DNA of 64,000 nucleotides from the IMG/VR virus record IMGVR_UViG_2974705165_000001, positions 97 through 64,096 of that record; one strand, 5' to 3'. Numbering within the stretch: position 1 is the first letter of the stretch; every line of letters begins with the position of its first letter. The translations under genes and the position numbers were made by a program. Of the stretch, positions 29,043 to 39,119 are shown piece after piece. Below the pieces are notes generated by a model. The model searched no databases. It saw only the letters and a program-made list of their open reading frames with translations, and was not told where the DNA came from. The stretch comes from a virus (taxonomy: Duplodnaviria; Caudoviricetes).

Positions 29043-29319
29043 GGCAAGCGAAGTGAAGATTCCCCAGACCCGACTCGAGTCCGTGATCGAACAAGCCGTG
29101 AACACCGTGTCCGGCTTCATCCTGGCGTGGCTCGCGTGGCAGTTCCTGGTGCCGGTGCTGGTCCCTGGGCTCCAGCCCTCCGCTGGGCAGTCTTGGGCTG
29201 TCATCTTCATCTTCACGGCGATCTCGATCGTGCGCGGCTACTTCTGGCGTCGCTTCTTCGAGAACGGTGTTCACCACTTCATCAAGACGTTGATCGGACG
29301 GTTCTATGAGCGTAAATGA
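29020..29319 (+). CDS. Small two-TM membrane protein
   Basis: ESVIEQAVNTVSGF...FTAISIVRGYFWRRFF. Confidence 0.65.
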   Translation: MAHATTIEASEVKIPQTRLESVIEQAVNTVSGFILAWLAWQFLVPVLVPGLQPSAGQSWAVIFIFTAISIVRGYFWRRFFENGVHHFIKTLIGRFYERK

Positions 29320-29746
29320 CAAGCAGGTGGCGGGGAGCCACTACAAGTCGAAGATCCAGCACTGGGACTTCGTGGAGCTGAACGAGCTCCGCTACATCGA
29401 AGGTTGCGCAACGAAGTACGTGACCCGCTGGCGCGGCAAGCACAACTACCCGGACATGCTCCGCAAGGTTGTCGCCTGTTTCGGCATCGAGCTGCCGACG
29501 CCCAAGGAAGACCTCGCCAAGTCGCTCCACTACGTGGAGAAGATGATCGACCTGAACTCCCGTGGGCTGTTCGACCCACGCCCAGGTCCGGTGCTGACCA
29601 TCACGGTCGACGACTTCGCCGAAGCGAACTCGCTCGACAACGACGAGAAGGTGATCATCGACTTGCTGGTGAACTGGGAAGACGCGGATCAGCTTCGGCT
29701 GGCGACTTACGCGATCCAGAGACTCCTGGAAGCGCCGGACAAGTAA
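29306..29746 (+). CDS. DUF3310-like protein
   Basis: QVAGSHYK...YIEGCATKYVTRWRGK...EDLAKSLHY. Confidence 0.75.
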   Translation: MSVNDKQVAGSHYKSKIQHWDFVELNELRYIEGCATKYVTRWRGKHNYPDMLRKVVACFGIELPTPKEDLAKSLHYVEKMIDLNSRGLFDPRPGPVLTITVDDFAEANSLDNDEKVIIDLLVNWEDADQLRLATYAIQRLLEAPDK

Positions 29747-29760
29747 ACTAAGCGAAACAG

Positions 29761-29783
29761 CGAAGGGCTCCGGCCCTTCGTTT
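29761..29783 (+). terminator. Putative terminator/stem-loop
   Basis: CGAAGGGC-TCCG-GCCCTTCG-TTT. Confidence 0.5.
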
Positions 29784-29805
29784 CATTCAGAAAGGGAGAA
29801 CACCC

Positions 29806-30363
29806 GTGAAGACGTTCCAATACACCCAAGACCTCAAGCCCTGGGGCAACCACCACTGGTCGACCGCCGTTCGCCTGGAGGGCGGCAGCGAGTTCCCGGT
29901 CCTCTACATCAAGCATTCGAGCCGACACGCGAATGTGGCGATCAACCACGCCATCGGCACTGAGATGCTGAACCGCGAGGGGGTGGTGCTCATCAAGTCC
30001 CGCTCCCAGTACTTCCTGCTGGAGGCGTTCGAGCTGAACCAGCTGCTCATCAAGCACGGTGCCTTCACCAAGAAGACAAACGAAGCGGAAAGCTACTGGC
30101 TGCTCAGCAGCGAGCACTTGGGCGAAGAGTTCCTGGTCGAATGCCTGGGCCGTGCTGAAGAGCCGAAGCCCAAGGTGCAGTGGACCCAGTTTAAGTTCGC
30201 CGAGTCCGACCGCGCCTTCGAAGAAGTACGCGACAGCCTGGGCATGGTCAGCACCTTCTACAACCCCACCACCGCTCGTATTCTCAAGGAGTTGCCGCCG
30301 GAGTTCGATCTCGTCATGATCGACCGCAGCGAAAACACCATCTGGCTTGGACGGAAGAACTGA
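29806..30363 (+). CDS. Hypothetical protein
   Basis: AGAAAGGGAG RBS, GTG start, 185 aa. Confidence 0.7.
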   Translation: MKTFQYTQDLKPWGNHHWSTAVRLEGGSEFPVLYIKHSSRHANVAINHAIGTEMLNREGVVLIKSRSQYFLLEAFELNQLLIKHGAFTKKTNEAESYWLLSSEHLGEEFLVECLGRAEEPKPKVQWTQFKFAESDRAFEEVRDSLGMVSTFYNPTTARILKELPPEFDLVMIDRSENTIWLGRKN

Positions 30364-32300
30364 TGCAGGTACCACTCTTGACTCCATTCTCTGGTTGGAA
30401 GGCTCCAGACCTGAACGCCCTGCCCTCCTGGGCGGGGCACAAGCGCATCGCGGTCGACTGCGAAACTCGAGACCCGTTCCTGAAGACCCTGGGCCCAGGC
30501 GTTCGCCGTGGTGGTGACTCCTACCTTGTGGGTATCTCGTTCGCCATCGAGGACGGCCCCAGCGGCTACCTACCCATCGCCCACGCGGGTGGTGGGAATC
30601 TCCCGAAGGAGATGGTTCTGAAGTACATGAAGGATCAGGCAGCTGTGTTCGACGGTGAGATCGTCGGGGCGAACCTCCAGTATGACCTGGACTGGTTGGC
30701 CCAGTACGGCATCGTGTTCCGCCGGGCGAAATACTTCCGCGACGTCCAAGTGGCCGAGCCGCTCATCGACGAGCTTCAGCTGTCGTACAGCCTGGACAAT
30801 ATCGCCAAGCGCCACGGCATCGCCGGTAAGGACGAGACCCTCCTGATGCAGGCGGCTCGCGCCTACGGCATCCACCCGAAGAAAGACCTGTGGAGGCTGC
30901 CTGCCCAGTTCGTCGGCCCCTACGCCGAGGAAGACGCCCGCCTCCCGCTCCAGCTGCTTCGCCGCCAGGAACGCATCATCGACGACCAGGAGATCTGGGA
31001 CATCTACAACCTCGAGTCGAAGGTTCTGCCCGTGCTGGTGAAGATGCGTCGCCGGGGTGTCCGGGTGCACGAAGGTCGGCTCACTGAGATCGAGCGTTGG
31101 AGCCTCCAGCAGGAGACCGAAGCCCTCGCCCAGGTCCGGCACCTGACCGGCGTGAACATCGCCGTTGGCGACGTTTGGAAGAACGAAGCCCTGGCCCCGG
31201 CCCTCACCCACATCGGCCTGAAACTGAACAAGACCGCCGAGGGTAAGGTCTCCATCGACAAGGAGTTCCTGGCTGGCGTCGACCACGATGTGGCCCGAGC
31301 CCTGGAGCGAGCGCGCAAGACGAACAAGCTGCGCACGACCTTCGCCGCCTCCGTGCGAGAGCACATGGTCAACGGGCGAATCCACGCCACCTTCAACCAG
31401 CTGCGCATGGAGAAGGACAACGGTGACCTGGGTGGGGCAGCCTATGGGCGTCTCAGCTGCGTTCAACCGAACCTCCAGCAGCAACCGGCACGGGACGACT
31501 TCGCCAAGATGTGGCGTGGTATCTACCTCCCCGAGGAAGGTCAGCTCTGGGCCGCGCTCGACTACTCTCAGCAGGAGCCCAGGATGACGGTGCACTTCGC
31601 TGAGCTCTGCGGTCTGCCCGGCTCGAAGGAGGCTGGCGACAAGTACCGAACTGACCCGAACGCGGACAACCACCAGATGATGGCGGACATGGCCAAGATC
31701 CAGCGGAAGGCCGCGAAGGAGATCTTCCTGGGCCTCTGCTACGGGATGGGTGGAGCCAAGCTCTGCCGGAAGCTCGGCCTGCCGACCGCCTGGGCCGTGC
31801 AGCACCGCAACATCCGGGGCCTCGTCGCGCTGGATACCGAGCGCGGGCAGGAGCTCCTGCGCCAGGGTGGGAAGAAGCTCGAGATTGCTGGCCCAGAAGG
31901 GCAGGCGCTGCTCGACACCTTCGACGCCAAGGTTCCGTTCGTGCGCCAGCTGGCCCGCCGCTGCTCGAAGGTTGCCGCCGAGCGTGGCTACCTCATGACA
32001 CTGGCCGGTCGTCGCTGCCGCTTCCCGAAGACGCCCGAGGGCAAGTACGACTGGACCCACAAGGGCCTGAACCGGCTGATCCAGGGCTCCTCTGGGGACC
32101 AGACCAAGACCGCGATGGTCATGCTCGACGAGGCTGGGCACTACCTCCAGCTGCAAGTCCACGACGAAATGGACGGCTCCGTCCAGTCGCCGGAGGAAGC
32201 CGAGGCTATGGCCGAAATCATGCGCACCTGCACCCCGCTGACCGTTCCGTCTAAGGTCGACGTGGAGTTGGGCGCTTCCTGGGGAGAATCGATGTCATGA
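30363..32300 (+). CDS. DNA polymerase family A with 3'-5' exonuclease
   Basis: VDCET (Exo I), NLQYD, GRLS..PNLQQ, DYSQQEPR, KEIFLGLCYG, IQGS, QVHDE. Confidence 0.96.
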   Translation: MQVPLLTPFSGWKAPDLNALPSWAGHKRIAVDCETRDPFLKTLGPGVRRGGDSYLVGISFAIEDGPSGYLPIAHAGGGNLPKEMVLKYMKDQAAVFDGEIVGANLQYDLDWLAQYGIVFRRAKYFRDVQVAEPLIDELQLSYSLDNIAKRHGIAGKDETLLMQAARAYGIHPKKDLWRLPAQFVGPYAEEDARLPLQLLRRQERIIDDQEIWDIYNLESKVLPVLVKMRRRGVRVHEGRLTEIERWSLQQETEALAQVRHLTGVNIAVGDVWKNEALAPALTHIGLKLNKTAEGKVSIDKEFLAGVDHDVARALERARKTNKLRTTFAASVREHMVNGRIHATFNQLRMEKDNGDLGGAAYGRLSCVQPNLQQQPARDDFAKMWRGIYLPEEGQLWAALDYSQQEPRMTVHFAELCGLPGSKEAGDKYRTDPNADNHQMMADMAKIQRKAAKEIFLGLCYGMGGAKLCRKLGLPTAWAVQHRNIRGLVALDTERGQELLRQGGKKLEIAGPEGQALLDTFDAKVPFVRQLARRCSKVAAERGYLMTLAGRRCRFPKTPEGKYDWTHKGLNRLIQGSSGDQTKTAMVMLDEAGHYLQLQVHDEMDGSVQSPEEAEAMAEIMRTCTPLTVPSKVDVELGASWGESMS

Positions 32301-32821
32301 TGCCTGTCACCTGCAAGAGCTGCGAACTTCGCTACCTCGACCACCTGAGCCACTGCCCAGGGTGTGACACGCCCAGGGTCGAGCAGACCCGCCAGGAGAA
32401 GTGGGACCTCCGCTTCATGGAGCTGGCGAAACACTACGCCGGGTGGAGCAAGGATCCATCCACCCAGATCGGGGCTGTCGTCGTTGACAGCCTCAACCGC
32501 CAGCTTGGGCAGGGCTACAACGGGTTCCCTCGCGGGGTGAACGACGACCCAGAGCGGTATGCCAACCGCGAGGAGAAGTATCCCCTGGTGGTGCACGCCG
32601 AGCTCAACGCCATCCTCAACTGCACGCTCTCTCCGCGTGGAGCGACCCTCTACGTGTACCCTCTGCCGCCCTGCCCGGAGTGCACCAAGGCTATCATCCA
32701 GTCCGGCATCAAGCGGGTGGTGATCTCCAGCGATTGCGATCGACCAGAGTGGATGCAAGCGTTCCGGCGTCACAGCAAGGTGATGCTCGACGAGGCCGGG
32801 GTGGGGGTGTCCATTGTCTGA
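32297..32821 (+). CDS. dCMP deaminase
   Basis: SKDPSTQIGA, GYNGFPRG, HAELNAI, PCPEC. Confidence 0.93.
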   Translation: MMPVTCKSCELRYLDHLSHCPGCDTPRVEQTRQEKWDLRFMELAKHYAGWSKDPSTQIGAVVVDSLNRQLGQGYNGFPRGVNDDPERYANREEKYPLVVHAELNAILNCTLSPRGATLYVYPLPPCPECTKAIIQSGIKRVVISSDCDRPEWMQAFRRHSKVMLDEAGVGVSIV

Positions 32822-33239
32822 ACAGAACATGTGGGGAACGGTCCGCCAGAAGATGGCGGGCCTGGACCCGGTTCGTGTGGAAAACCCGGCGGATCCCGGC
32901 ACCCCTGACGTGAACTACGTAGAGGGCTGGATCGAGCTGAAGCAGGTGGATCAGTGGCCCAAGCGGGCCGCTACTCCCCTGCGCGTACCACACTTCACCG
33001 CTCAACAACGGGTGTGGCTCCGCCGACGTGTCATGTCTGGTGGCCGCGCCTTCGTCCTGATCAAGGTGGCGAGGGACTGGCTCCTCCTGCGAGGGGATGT
33101 CGCCGCCCGTCACTTGGGCAACGTGCCGAAAGAGGAGCTGATTGCTTTTTCGCTTGCTTTCTGGCCTAATTCCCTCCCTGAGGAGGAGTTCCGAACATGG
33201 TTGAAGACCTACAACTTTCAAGGTCCGAGCGACTGCTAA
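32814..33239 (+). CDS. PD-(D/E)xK nuclease / Holliday junction resolvase-like
   Basis: RVEN...GTPDV...WIELK...Q..W. Confidence 0.75.
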   Translation: MSEQNMWGTVRQKMAGLDPVRVENPADPGTPDVNYVEGWIELKQVDQWPKRAATPLRVPHFTAQQRVWLRRRVMSGGRAFVLIKVARDWLLLRGDVAARHLGNVPKEELIAFSLAFWPNSLPEEEFRTWLKTYNFQGPSDC

Positions 33240-33535
33240 TTTGGCGTCGCCGGGCCGGGCTGCGGCAGGAGGAAGCCGCAGCTCAGCACGGTGTTAGTCA
33301 CCGTCGCTATGGCCGCTGGGAGCGGGGCGTTGAGGAGCCGGACACCGACAAGTCGGTCGGTATCCTCGACGTGTACGAAAAGCTGTTCATACTGCGCCGT
33401 CGCGAAGGTGTGTCCCAGCAGGAGATCGCAAACGAACTTGGCTGCACCAGGGCCTGGGTCCAGATGATGGAAACAGGTGAGAGCAGCTCCGAACAACTAC
33501 AGAACTACTGGAAGGGCCGTGCAAATGCAAGCTGA
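33197..33535 (+). CDS. XRE-family protein with two HTH domains
   Basis: RRRAGLRQEEAA...RWERG and RRREGVSQQEIANELG...METG. Confidence 0.8.
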   Translation: MVEDLQLSRSERLLIWRRRAGLRQEEAAAQHGVSHRRYGRWERGVEEPDTDKSVGILDVYEKLFILRRREGVSQQEIANELGCTRAWVQMMETGESSSEQLQNYWKGRANAS

Positions 33536-35897
33536 CATCCAGATGTCCGTCGCCTTCCTCCAGCGGTTCCACCCCAACGGACCCTGGGCGCTAACGGCCA
33601 TCTCACCCGACAAGAAGGCTATCCAGACCCGCTCCTTCCGACCAGGGCAGGAGGATGCGCTGAAGGCGTGGTTGGGCAAGAACGTCGGCGAGATGAACGT
33701 GTACTTCCACGTCAACTTGCCCATGGGCGACATCAGCAAGAAGGCCGAAAAGACCGACATCGAAGCCATGTGCTGGCTCCACATCGACATCGACCCTCGG
33801 GCCGGTGAGGACATCGAAGAGGAGCGGGCTCGGGCCTTCCGCATGCTGGACCAGCACAAGCCCCGCCCCACGGTCATCATCGACTCCGGCGGTGGCTACC
33901 AGGGCTTCTGGAAGCTCGACGAGTGCATCCCGGTCAACGGCGACCTCATGGCCGCTGAAGACGCCGAACGCTACAACATCCACCTGGAGCGCATCTTCGG
34001 GGCAGACAACTGCCATAACGTCGACCGCATCATGCGCCTGCCGGGCACCATCAACCTGCCCGACGCCAAGAAGCGGAAGAAGGGTCGCGTCAAGGCCCTG
34101 GCCACCCTGGTCGAGTTCAACGACCTGTCCTACCCACTCCGGGAGTTCACGCCTGCGCCCAAGGTGCAGACCGCGGACGAGACTGGCTTTGCCTCGGGCA
34201 AGACGGTGCGTGTCAGCGGAAACGTCGAGCGCCTCGACTCTGTCGACGACCTCGACAAGTGGGAAGTGCCGGACTGGCTGAAGGTGCTCATCGTCCAGGG
34301 CAAGGATCCAGACGAGCCCCACAAGTACGCCAGCCGTTCCGAGGCGCTGTTCGCCTGCTCCTGCGAGCTGGTGCGCCGGGGCGTGCCGGACGACGTCATC
34401 TTCTCGGTCCTGACCGACGAGTCCTTCGGCATTGCCGAGTCGGTGGTGGAGCACAAGCGTCCTGAGAAGTACGCCATGCGCCAGATCGAGCGGGCTCACG
34501 AAGACGCTATCGACCCGATGCTCCGCCAGCTGAACGAGAAGCACGCGGTCATCGGCGACATGGGCGGCAAGTGCCGCATCATCAGCGAGGTCTTCGACCC
34601 GGCCATGAAGCGCCACAAGATCAGCCGCCAGTCCTTCGAGGACTTCAAGAACCGCTACCGTCACATCAAGGTCCAGGTTGGCGACGACGGCAAGGGGAAC
34701 CCGATCCTCAAGGCTGCAGGCTCCTGGTGGGTCGACCACCCGAACCGCCGACAGTACGAGACCATCGTGTTCGCCCCTGGGCACGAGCTGCCGGACGCCT
34801 ATAACCTGTGGAAGGGCTTCGCGGTGGACGCCATCCCCGGCGACAAGCACCTGAACTTCCTGGAGCACATCCGGAAGAACATCTGCTCCGGCGACGAAGA
34901 CCTCTACAAGTACATGATCGGCTGGTTCGCTCGAGCCGTCCAGGAGCCGGACAGCCCAGGCGAGGTCGCTGTGGTCCTCCGAGGCAAGATGGGTACTGGT
35001 AAGTCATTCGTGGTCAAGGTGTTCGGGAACCTGTTTGGGCGTCACTTCATGCAGGTCTCGGATCCGAAGCACCTCGTGGGCTCGTTCAACGCCCACCTCC
35101 GCGACTGCGTGGTCCTGTTCGGCGACGAGGCGTTCTACGCCGGAGACAAGAAGCACGAGTCGATCCTCAAGACCCTGATCACCGAAGAAGTCATCGTGGT
35201 GGAAGGCAAGGGCGTAGACGCGGAAGCGGCCCCAAACTACGTCCACCTGCTCATGGCCTCCAACAGCGACTGGGTGGTCCCTGCCGGCCCGGAGGAGCGC
35301 CGCTACCTCGTCATCGACGTTAGCGCCGACCGGATGCAGGACCGCGAATACTTCAAGGCCCTGCGGAAGGAAATGGACGAAGGCGGCTCGGAGAACCTGC
35401 TGCACTTCCTCATGACCTACGACCTGTCCGAGTACGAGGTCCGGGCGGTGCCCAAGACCCAGGCGCTTCAAGACCAGAAGATGATGTCGCTCTCCCCGGA
35501 GCAGCAGTGGTGGTATGAGAAGCTCCACTACGGCAGGCTCATGGGCGAGCACACCAAGTGGGAGCCGGAGGTTCAGCAGAAGGAGCTCCAGGAGGACTAC
35601 CTCGCGTTCATGCAGAAGCTGGGCGTGTATCGCAAGATGTCCAACGTCGCCCTGGGCAAGTTCCTCCAGAAGGTCTGCCCTCCAGGCTACCCGAAGTCCT
35701 ACCAGAAGCGGGCTGAGATGGTGGAGTACACGCCGGACGGCTTCGCGATCAAGAAGATGGGACGCCCGTACTTCTACGAGCTGCCGGGGCTCGACATCCT
35801 GCGCAAGACGTGGGACGAGAACTTCGGCGGGCCTTACCCGTGGGAGCCAATCAACGAGGGCAAGGAAGACGCCCAGGAAGACAAGAACCCGTTCTGA
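33525..35897 (+). CDS. Primase-helicase: RepB-like primase N-terminus plus SF3-like helicase
   Basis: LHIDID...IIDSGGGYQGFW...RIMRLPGT; Walker A GKMGTGKS; FGDE; MASN; ERRY. Confidence 0.88.
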   Translation: MQADIQMSVAFLQRFHPNGPWALTAISPDKKAIQTRSFRPGQEDALKAWLGKNVGEMNVYFHVNLPMGDISKKAEKTDIEAMCWLHIDIDPRAGEDIEEERARAFRMLDQHKPRPTVIIDSGGGYQGFWKLDECIPVNGDLMAAEDAERYNIHLERIFGADNCHNVDRIMRLPGTINLPDAKKRKKGRVKALATLVEFNDLSYPLREFTPAPKVQTADETGFASGKTVRVSGNVERLDSVDDLDKWEVPDWLKVLIVQGKDPDEPHKYASRSEALFACSCELVRRGVPDDVIFSVLTDESFGIAESVVEHKRPEKYAMRQIERAHEDAIDPMLRQLNEKHAVIGDMGGKCRIISEVFDPAMKRHKISRQSFEDFKNRYRHIKVQVGDDGKGNPILKAAGSWWVDHPNRRQYETIVFAPGHELPDAYNLWKGFAVDAIPGDKHLNFLEHIRKNICSGDEDLYKYMIGWFARAVQEPDSPGEVAVVLRGKMGTGKSFVVKVFGNLFGRHFMQVSDPKHLVGSFNAHLRDCVVLFGDEAFYAGDKKHESILKTLITEEVIVVEGKGVDAEAAPNYVHLLMASNSDWVVPAGPEERRYLVIDVSADRMQDREYFKALRKEMDEGGSENLLHFLMTYDLSEYEVRAVPKTQALQDQKMMSLSPEQQWWYEKLHYGRLMGEHTKWEPEVQQKELQEDYLAFMQKLGVYRKMSNVALGKFLQKVCPPGYPKSYQKRAEMVEYTPDGFAIKKMGRPYFYELPGLDILRKTWDENFGGPYPWEPINEGKEDAQEDKNPF

Positions 35898-36175
35898 TGA
35901 TGACGTCTATCAACAACGAGCAACGGAGAGACGTGCTGGTGCGGCTGGGGTGGAACCCAGTCGCTGTGCGCCGACTCGGACCCGAGGAGCTTGCCCAGGC
36001 CCTGAACCGCGCCTGGGCGGAGCGCCCTCTCCGGGTTGAGTTCGAAGCATTACGTCAACTTGGTCATGCTTTTGAACAATCCGAAATATCTGACTTGCCA
36101 AGACACCGAACTTTCGACCAGAATGGCGGTCGTTCCCACGAAGGAACTTCTGCCAAGAACTTAGAAACGGAGTAA
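35897..36175 (+). CDS. Hypothetical protein
   Basis: ATG overlaps the primase stop; 3' part overlaps a promoter-like site. Confidence 0.45.
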   Translation: MMTSINNEQRRDVLVRLGWNPVAVRRLGPEELAQALNRAWAERPLRVEFEALRQLGHAFEQSEISDLPRHRTFDQNGGRSHEGTSAKNLETE

Positions 36176-36181
36176 AGAAGA

Positions 36182-36658
36182 ATGAACGCAGCAAACAACC
36201 TGTTCAAGACCCAACTGGAAGGTGAAACCCTGGCCGCTGCTCTCGAGCTGCGCGAGCACAGCAAGCGCCTGGGCGACGAGGTCAACCCGCTGGTTGAGCA
36301 ACACAAGGCCCTCCTCAAGCAGCTCAACGAGCTTGAGGCCCAGATCGACCAGAAGCATGAGGCGTTTGACACCGCCCGCGTGGCCTTCTTCGAAGGGCTG
36401 GAAGTATCCCTGGGTCACGACCTGGACGCAACCTCCCTGGAATACGCTGACAACGGCGCTGTGTACGTCCAGCGCACCCAGGAAGACCTCGACCGGAAGG
36501 CCGCTATGGCCTCGCTCCAAGGCGGCAACCCGCTGGCTGCCCTGGCGGCTGCGCTGGGCGCTGCACGGGCCGAGGACGGCGCTCTCGACCTCGAGAACCT
36601 GGAAGCATGCAACAACCCCGACTGCCAGGCCTGCGGCCCACTGCGCAGCGTCCACTAA
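36182..36658 (+). CDS. Hypothetical coiled-coil protein
   Basis: AGAAACGGAG RBS; upstream TTGCCA-N18-CAGAAT; C-terminal CxxxxCxxC. Confidence 0.7.
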   Translation: MNAANNLFKTQLEGETLAAALELREHSKRLGDEVNPLVEQHKALLKQLNELEAQIDQKHEAFDTARVAFFEGLEVSLGHDLDATSLEYADNGAVYVQRTQEDLDRKAAMASLQGGNPLAALAAALGAARAEDGALDLENLEACNNPDCQACGPLRSVH

Positions 36659-36721
36659 CTCCGTTTCCACCCACTTCGAGCCCCGGTTGCCGGGGCTCCA
36701 CTGTTTTCGAGGTACTCTCAA

Positions 36722-37432
36722 ATGTCCAATACCAATCCGCTCCTCCTCGTCCGTGACTTCACCCTCGCCTTCGGCCAAGAATGGAAGGAGGAGCCCGGCC
36801 TGCCCACGCCGCGCACCGCCATGCTCCGTGTTCAGCTGGTCATGGAAGAGATCGGGGAACTGGCCCACGCGCTGGCCGCTGCTGACAAGGTCGAGGCGGT
36901 CGACGCCCTGACCGACATCGACTATGTGACCTACGGCTGCATGGGCGCGTTCGGCACCCACAGCCCCGTCGCCCACACCCTGACACCGTCCATGGCCCTG
37001 CCCCGCGCCTGGGGAGACCTTGACATGTCCGGCCAACTCGCCGTGTTCCATGAGATCGCGAAGCTGGCCAACGTCGCCACCATGGGCATGTCGATGGCGT
37101 TCTTCCCGGACGACCACAAGAGCCGGAACGGCCTGCAGAGCCTCACCTTCGCCCTTCCGCTCATCCTCCAGGCGACCGCCAATGCTTGGTCGGTCCTGGG
37201 CCTCATGCCGTACCGCGAGGCTGCCTTCCTGGAAGTTCAGCGGGCCAACATGTCCAAGCTGGGCGAAGACGGCAAGCCTATCCTGAACGAAGCCGGTCGC
37301 GTCGTGAAGGGTCCGAACTACGTCGCTCCGGACCTTGCCCGCGTCGTGGCTGAAATTGACAACCAGCTGGCGCTCGAAGTCGCGCTGGCCAAGTCCACTG
37401 AAGAAGAGGAGATTGCCCATGGCAACGCCTGA
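36722..37432 (+). CDS. MazG-like/PRA-PH family nucleoside triphosphate pyrophosphatase
   Basis: EEIGEL...EAVDALTDIDYV and EVQRANMSKLGEDGKP...GRVVKGPNY. Confidence 0.8.
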   Translation: MSNTNPLLLVRDFTLAFGQEWKEEPGLPTPRTAMLRVQLVMEEIGELAHALAAADKVEAVDALTDIDYVTYGCMGAFGTHSPVAHTLTPSMALPRAWGDLDMSGQLAVFHEIAKLANVATMGMSMAFFPDDHKSRNGLQSLTFALPLILQATANAWSVLGLMPYREAAFLEVQRANMSKLGEDGKPILNEAGRVVKGPNYVAPDLARVVAEIDNQLALEVALAKSTEEEEIAHGNA

Positions 37433-37799
37433 GATGGAAGTTCGCCTCGTCGAGCAATTGCGTGGCGACTTCAAGATCGTCGTGTACCTTCGCTCGCGCC
37501 GGATGAGCCACATCCGCACCCTGGGCGAGCTGAACCCGGCTGCCGCCCACAGCGCACCTGACCTGATCCACAAGGTCGGCATCCTTGCTGGTGCCGTGGC
37601 CGAGCGCCAGGGCCGGAACTACGGCGACAACCACGATCCGGACGAGTGCTACCGCATCGCGACGGAGCTCTTCAAGGAGGCCATGCTGGAATACGCCCAG
37701 CGGAAGCCTGACCTGCGTCTCGCCGTACAGAAGATCGTTCGCGATCCCGAGAACCACATCGGCCAGACCGCCCACGTTTCGGCCACCACAAAGGGGTGA
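37419..37799 (+). CDS. Hypothetical protein
   Basis: GAGGAG RBS, ATG 37419. Confidence 0.65.
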   Translation: MATPEMEVRLVEQLRGDFKIVVYLRSRRMSHIRTLGELNPAAAHSAPDLIHKVGILAGAVAERQGRNYGDNHDPDECYRIATELFKEAMLEYAQRKPDLRLAVQKIVRDPENHIGQTAHVSATTKG

Positions 37800-37802
37800 T
37801 CC

Positions 37803-38201
37803 ATGGCAAAGGCGAATGAACCTGTCGGTGAAGTGGTCGTCAAGCTGATCATCGGAGACGAGTACCAGGAGGTGACTGTCCCGGTGGTCGCCTTCGTCGG
37901 AAAGCTGGCCGTCCACGAAACGATTGCGGACCATCGCCTCGCCGAGGCGAAGTCGGCAGCCTTCAGCGTGACGCACACCACCACCGGCCTCGGGCTGGTG
38001 AACGGGGTGTCCACCAAGAAGCTCGCCCTCGCCTTTGCGGAGGAGGCGCTCGCCGCTGCGGAGGAGCACGGCCTGGACCTGGGCGTTGCAACGCAGGAGC
38101 AGCTGCTCCAGCAGCAACCGGCCTACTCCATGTGGCTCATGTGGGCGCTCGCGGCGCGGGCCGAGCTCAAGACACGAAAGGGCTTCCTGTATGAAGAGTA
38201 A
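37803..38201 (+). CDS. Hypothetical protein
   Basis: 132 aa, packed operon. Confidence 0.65.
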   Translation: MAKANEPVGEVVVKLIIGDEYQEVTVPVVAFVGKLAVHETIADHRLAEAKSAAFSVTHTTTGLGLVNGVSTKKLALAFAEEALAAAEEHGLDLGVATQEQLLQQQPAYSMWLMWALAARAELKTRKGFLYEE

Positions 38202-38805
38202 GCTGGCCTGGATTGTCAGCGCCGGGGAATGCGACACGGACGACGAGTGCGCCTGTGTCGTGTTCGCGCCGGACGACGAGAGCTCGATCCAGATTGGGTT
38301 CCGCGCCCTTGGGCTGGAGGACCAGGAAGGCTGCTCGACCTCCCGAGCGCCCGAGTTCGACGCCTGGGCAGCCCAGGGCGAAGTTCCGCCCAGGGTGCTG
38401 CTGGAGCACGGCTGGTTCATCGGCTGTCATGGGTGTGGGAGCTGCATCCACCAGGACGATGGAGACGCCACCGAGAAGGTCATCGAACACGGGAGCTTCT
38501 TGTTCTGTTCGAAGGAGTGTCAGGCGGAGCAGATCGCCGAGGTCATGAAGGTGAACGCAGCCTTCGAGGAGTTCCAGGAGGAGGTGAAGGCCCGGTGGCC
38601 TGGGCTCACCTTCACTGGCTTCGAGGGCGGCTGGCCCATCCTAACACCGTTCGGAAGGTTCACGTTCCCAGGCTCGCTATACGGCGGGGGCAGGGTCCGG
38701 AAGACCAGGGACGGGAAGCTGGAGCTGGCTGTGGCAGCCGGAGACATGAAAGCCTGGGAGCTTTGGAGCTCCCAGGCCGACAAGTCTTCTGAGGTCGGAG
38801 GTTAG
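38191..38805 (+). CDS. Hypothetical Cys-rich protein
   Basis: ATG 38191; RAPEFD...GWFIGCHGCG...FCSKEC. Confidence 0.65.
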   Translation: MKSKLAWIVSAGECDTDDECACVVFAPDDESSIQIGFRALGLEDQEGCSTSRAPEFDAWAAQGEVPPRVLLEHGWFIGCHGCGSCIHQDDGDATEKVIEHGSFLFCSKECQAEQIAEVMKVNAAFEEFQEEVKARWPGLTFTGFEGGWPILTPFGRFTFPGSLYGGGRVRKTRDGKLELAVAAGDMKAWELWSSQADKSSEVGG

Positions 38806-39119
38806 GCGCTTTGACGGCGCTCTTCTTGGCGGCGACGGCGCTCAACACCGTCCCAAACGGGAGCAGCGTCGTTGCTGGGCTGCTTCATGCGGGCTGCCGG
38901 CTTACGAACGTCGGCGACTACGTGTTCGCACTGGAACTTGCCCTTGGCGAGACGCTGAACCGGGACGCCCTTCCGGCGCAGGCGGTCGATAACCGAGCGA
39001 GCTTGGCGCTCTTCCATCTCAAGACGGTCACACAGGGTAGGCACATCAACACCACGCTTGCGCTCCAGCAGACGGAGGGCTTTGGCTTCAGCGACGCTCA
39101 GGTTTGCGATCTTTTCCAT
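38802..39119 (-). CDS. HTH DNA-binding protein; the only convincing minus-strand gene
   Basis: LCDRLEMEERQARSVIDRLRRKG; minus-strand AGAAATGGAG RBS (39127-36) and TTGCCT-N16-TAAGAT upstream. Confidence 0.8.
   Translation of the reverse strand: MEKIANLSVAEAKALRLLERKRGVDVPTLCDRLEMEERQARSVIDRLRRKGVPVQRLAKGKFQCEHVVADVRKPAARMKQPSNDAAPVWDGVERRRRQEERRQSA

Noticed and set aside
33197-35897. Lysogeny module (repressor plus integrase)
   Set aside because: The XRE gene is embedded co-directionally in the replication operon and the adjacent large ORF has primase/helicase motifs. I recognised no tyrosine or serine recombinase, which also weakens the site-specific inversion model for the twin elements.
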